DNA of 64,000 bases from an uncultured Chthonomonadaceae bacterium (GTDB lineage: Bacteria > Armatimonadota > Chthonomonadetes > Chthonomonadales > Chthonomonadaceae): NCBI GenBank assembly GCA_963817895.1, contig CAWFQB010000014.1:32001-96000 (forward strand). Direction: 5' to 3'. The notes below the pieces were generated by a model. The model had not been told where the DNA came from, searched no databases, and saw nothing but the letters and a program-made list of their open reading frames with translations. The translations under genes were made by a program, and so were the position numbers. Positions 63,104 through 64,000 of this stretch are shown here, in pieces (within the stretch, counting starts at the first letter, position 1; the number at the start of each line of letters is the position of its first letter).

Positions 63104-63709
63104 ATGCAGACAATGAGTAGCCGTGACAAAGGCCTGGTCGCCTTGATGATTTTCGTGGTGCTTATCGGCGTCGTATTGAAACTGCTGCCGTCAGGGACCG
63201 GGGGCGCGGGCGCGGGCAAGCAGCTTTCGCTTGAAGACGCGCAGAAGCAGACCACGCAGGGAAACAAGCAACTCAAGCTGATGGAAGATGAGATGAAGGC
63301 GCGACAGCCACGAATCGAGCGCATGACGTATACCATGCCGGCGGAGCAACTCAGCGCGACGGTGACACAGGATTTGTACACGCTGGCCGATAAAGCAGGG
63401 GTGCATATACGCGAGATCAAGCCGCTACGCGCCAAAACGCTGAAGTCCGGCAACATTGCCCGCGTTCCCCTGGAAGTGCGCTTTCGCGCCCCGTTTCAGC
63501 CCAATGTGATGAAGTTTTTGTATATGGCGGAAGACCCGGCCAACAAAATCGTTGTGGACAAAGTGAGCATTACTTCAACGGACACCCACTTGAAATCAGT
63601 GGATGTGGCCGCGCAAATCAGCGTATTTACGCGCTCCCTGACAGGGTCCTCGTCAGGCGGGGGAGAAGGAGATACCAATGACAGCACGGCAACAACCAAC
63701 AGAGGATAA
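63104..63709 (+). CDS. PilO/GspM-like protein
   Basis: MSSRDKGLVAL TM, coiled coil, LADKAGVHIREIKP, VMKFLYMAE. Confidence 0.75.
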   Translation: MQTMSSRDKGLVALMIFVVLIGVVLKLLPSGTGGAGAGKQLSLEDAQKQTTQGNKQLKLMEDEMKARQPRIERMTYTMPAEQLSATVTQDLYTLADKAGVHIREIKPLRAKTLKSGNIARVPLEVRFRAPFQPNVMKFLYMAEDPANKIVVDKVSITSTDTHLKSVDVAAQISVFTRSLTGSSSGGGEGDTNDSTATTNRG

Positions 63710-64000
63710 CAACATGACCAACAAAACTACCGGGCATAATCTGCCGCTGTTCGCGCAGCCGGTGAATGGTTCCAAATTCCCGACACCTGTCGGCGGGCAA
63801 GCAGGAGGGCGCGTTCTGGTCGCGGCCGTTCGCATGGACATGGCGGTGATTGCCTGTGGCGCGTTGCTGTCCCTGTCCCGCCCGGATAAGGCGCAGAATT
63901 CTCCCGCAGCGCGAAATACGCCACCCGTAGCCGTGTCGCAGAACCGAACTTCTAATGCGGCGAGTTCCACCGGCGCGGCGAACACCACACCGACGCTTGA
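63678..64000 (+). CDS. Next secretion-operon gene, truncated by the window end
   Basis: ATG after AAGGAG, open to the end of the window; hydrophobic segment then S/T/A-rich linker. Confidence 0.5.
   Translation, partial: MTARQQPTEDNNMTNKTTGHNLPLFAQPVNGSKFPTPVGGQAGGRVLVAAVRMDMAVIACGALLSLSRPDKAQNSPAARNTPPVAVSQNRTSNAASSTGAANTTPTL

Overview
A 64-kb bacterial chromosomal segment. The gene styles, holA-rpsT synteny, cdaA-cdaR and Tat-exported Gfo/Idh/MocA plus ApbE cluster suggest Armatimonadota or a related lineage (inference only). Main blocks: (i) cdaA-cdaR followed by a membrane protein/DUF4129/DUF4350/MoxR cluster (minus strand); (ii) a LysM-SH3-NlpC/P60 hydrolase, a CxxCH-DUF2231 protein, two Tat Gfo/Idh/MocA oxidoreductases, ApbE and YccA; (iii) BlaI-type regulator, a large secreted unknown, ASCH, argS and CBS-DUF1385; (iv) lipid kinase, MoxR-DUF58-transglutaminase, holA and rpsT; (v) an ~19-kb rpoN-headed nonulosonic-acid (Pse/Leg-like, acetamidino-modifying) cluster; (vi) a divergent type II secretion/type IV pilus-like operon with a two-gene insert, one gene carrying an HExxH motif. 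Many genes, including argS and rpoN, are split by single-base frameshifts that look like long-read assembly errors, so ends of reconstructed genes are approximate. The most unusual signal is non-coding. Many gene junctions of the glycan and pilus operons carry paired inverted arms of 7-10-nt tandem units that enclose stop codons, RBS and start codons and are often translated. One composite module recurs inside two unrelated proteins. A separate 12-copy modular palindrome family carries nested hairpins and supplies Shine-Dalgarno sequences. No rRNA, tRNA or CRISPR array was seen.
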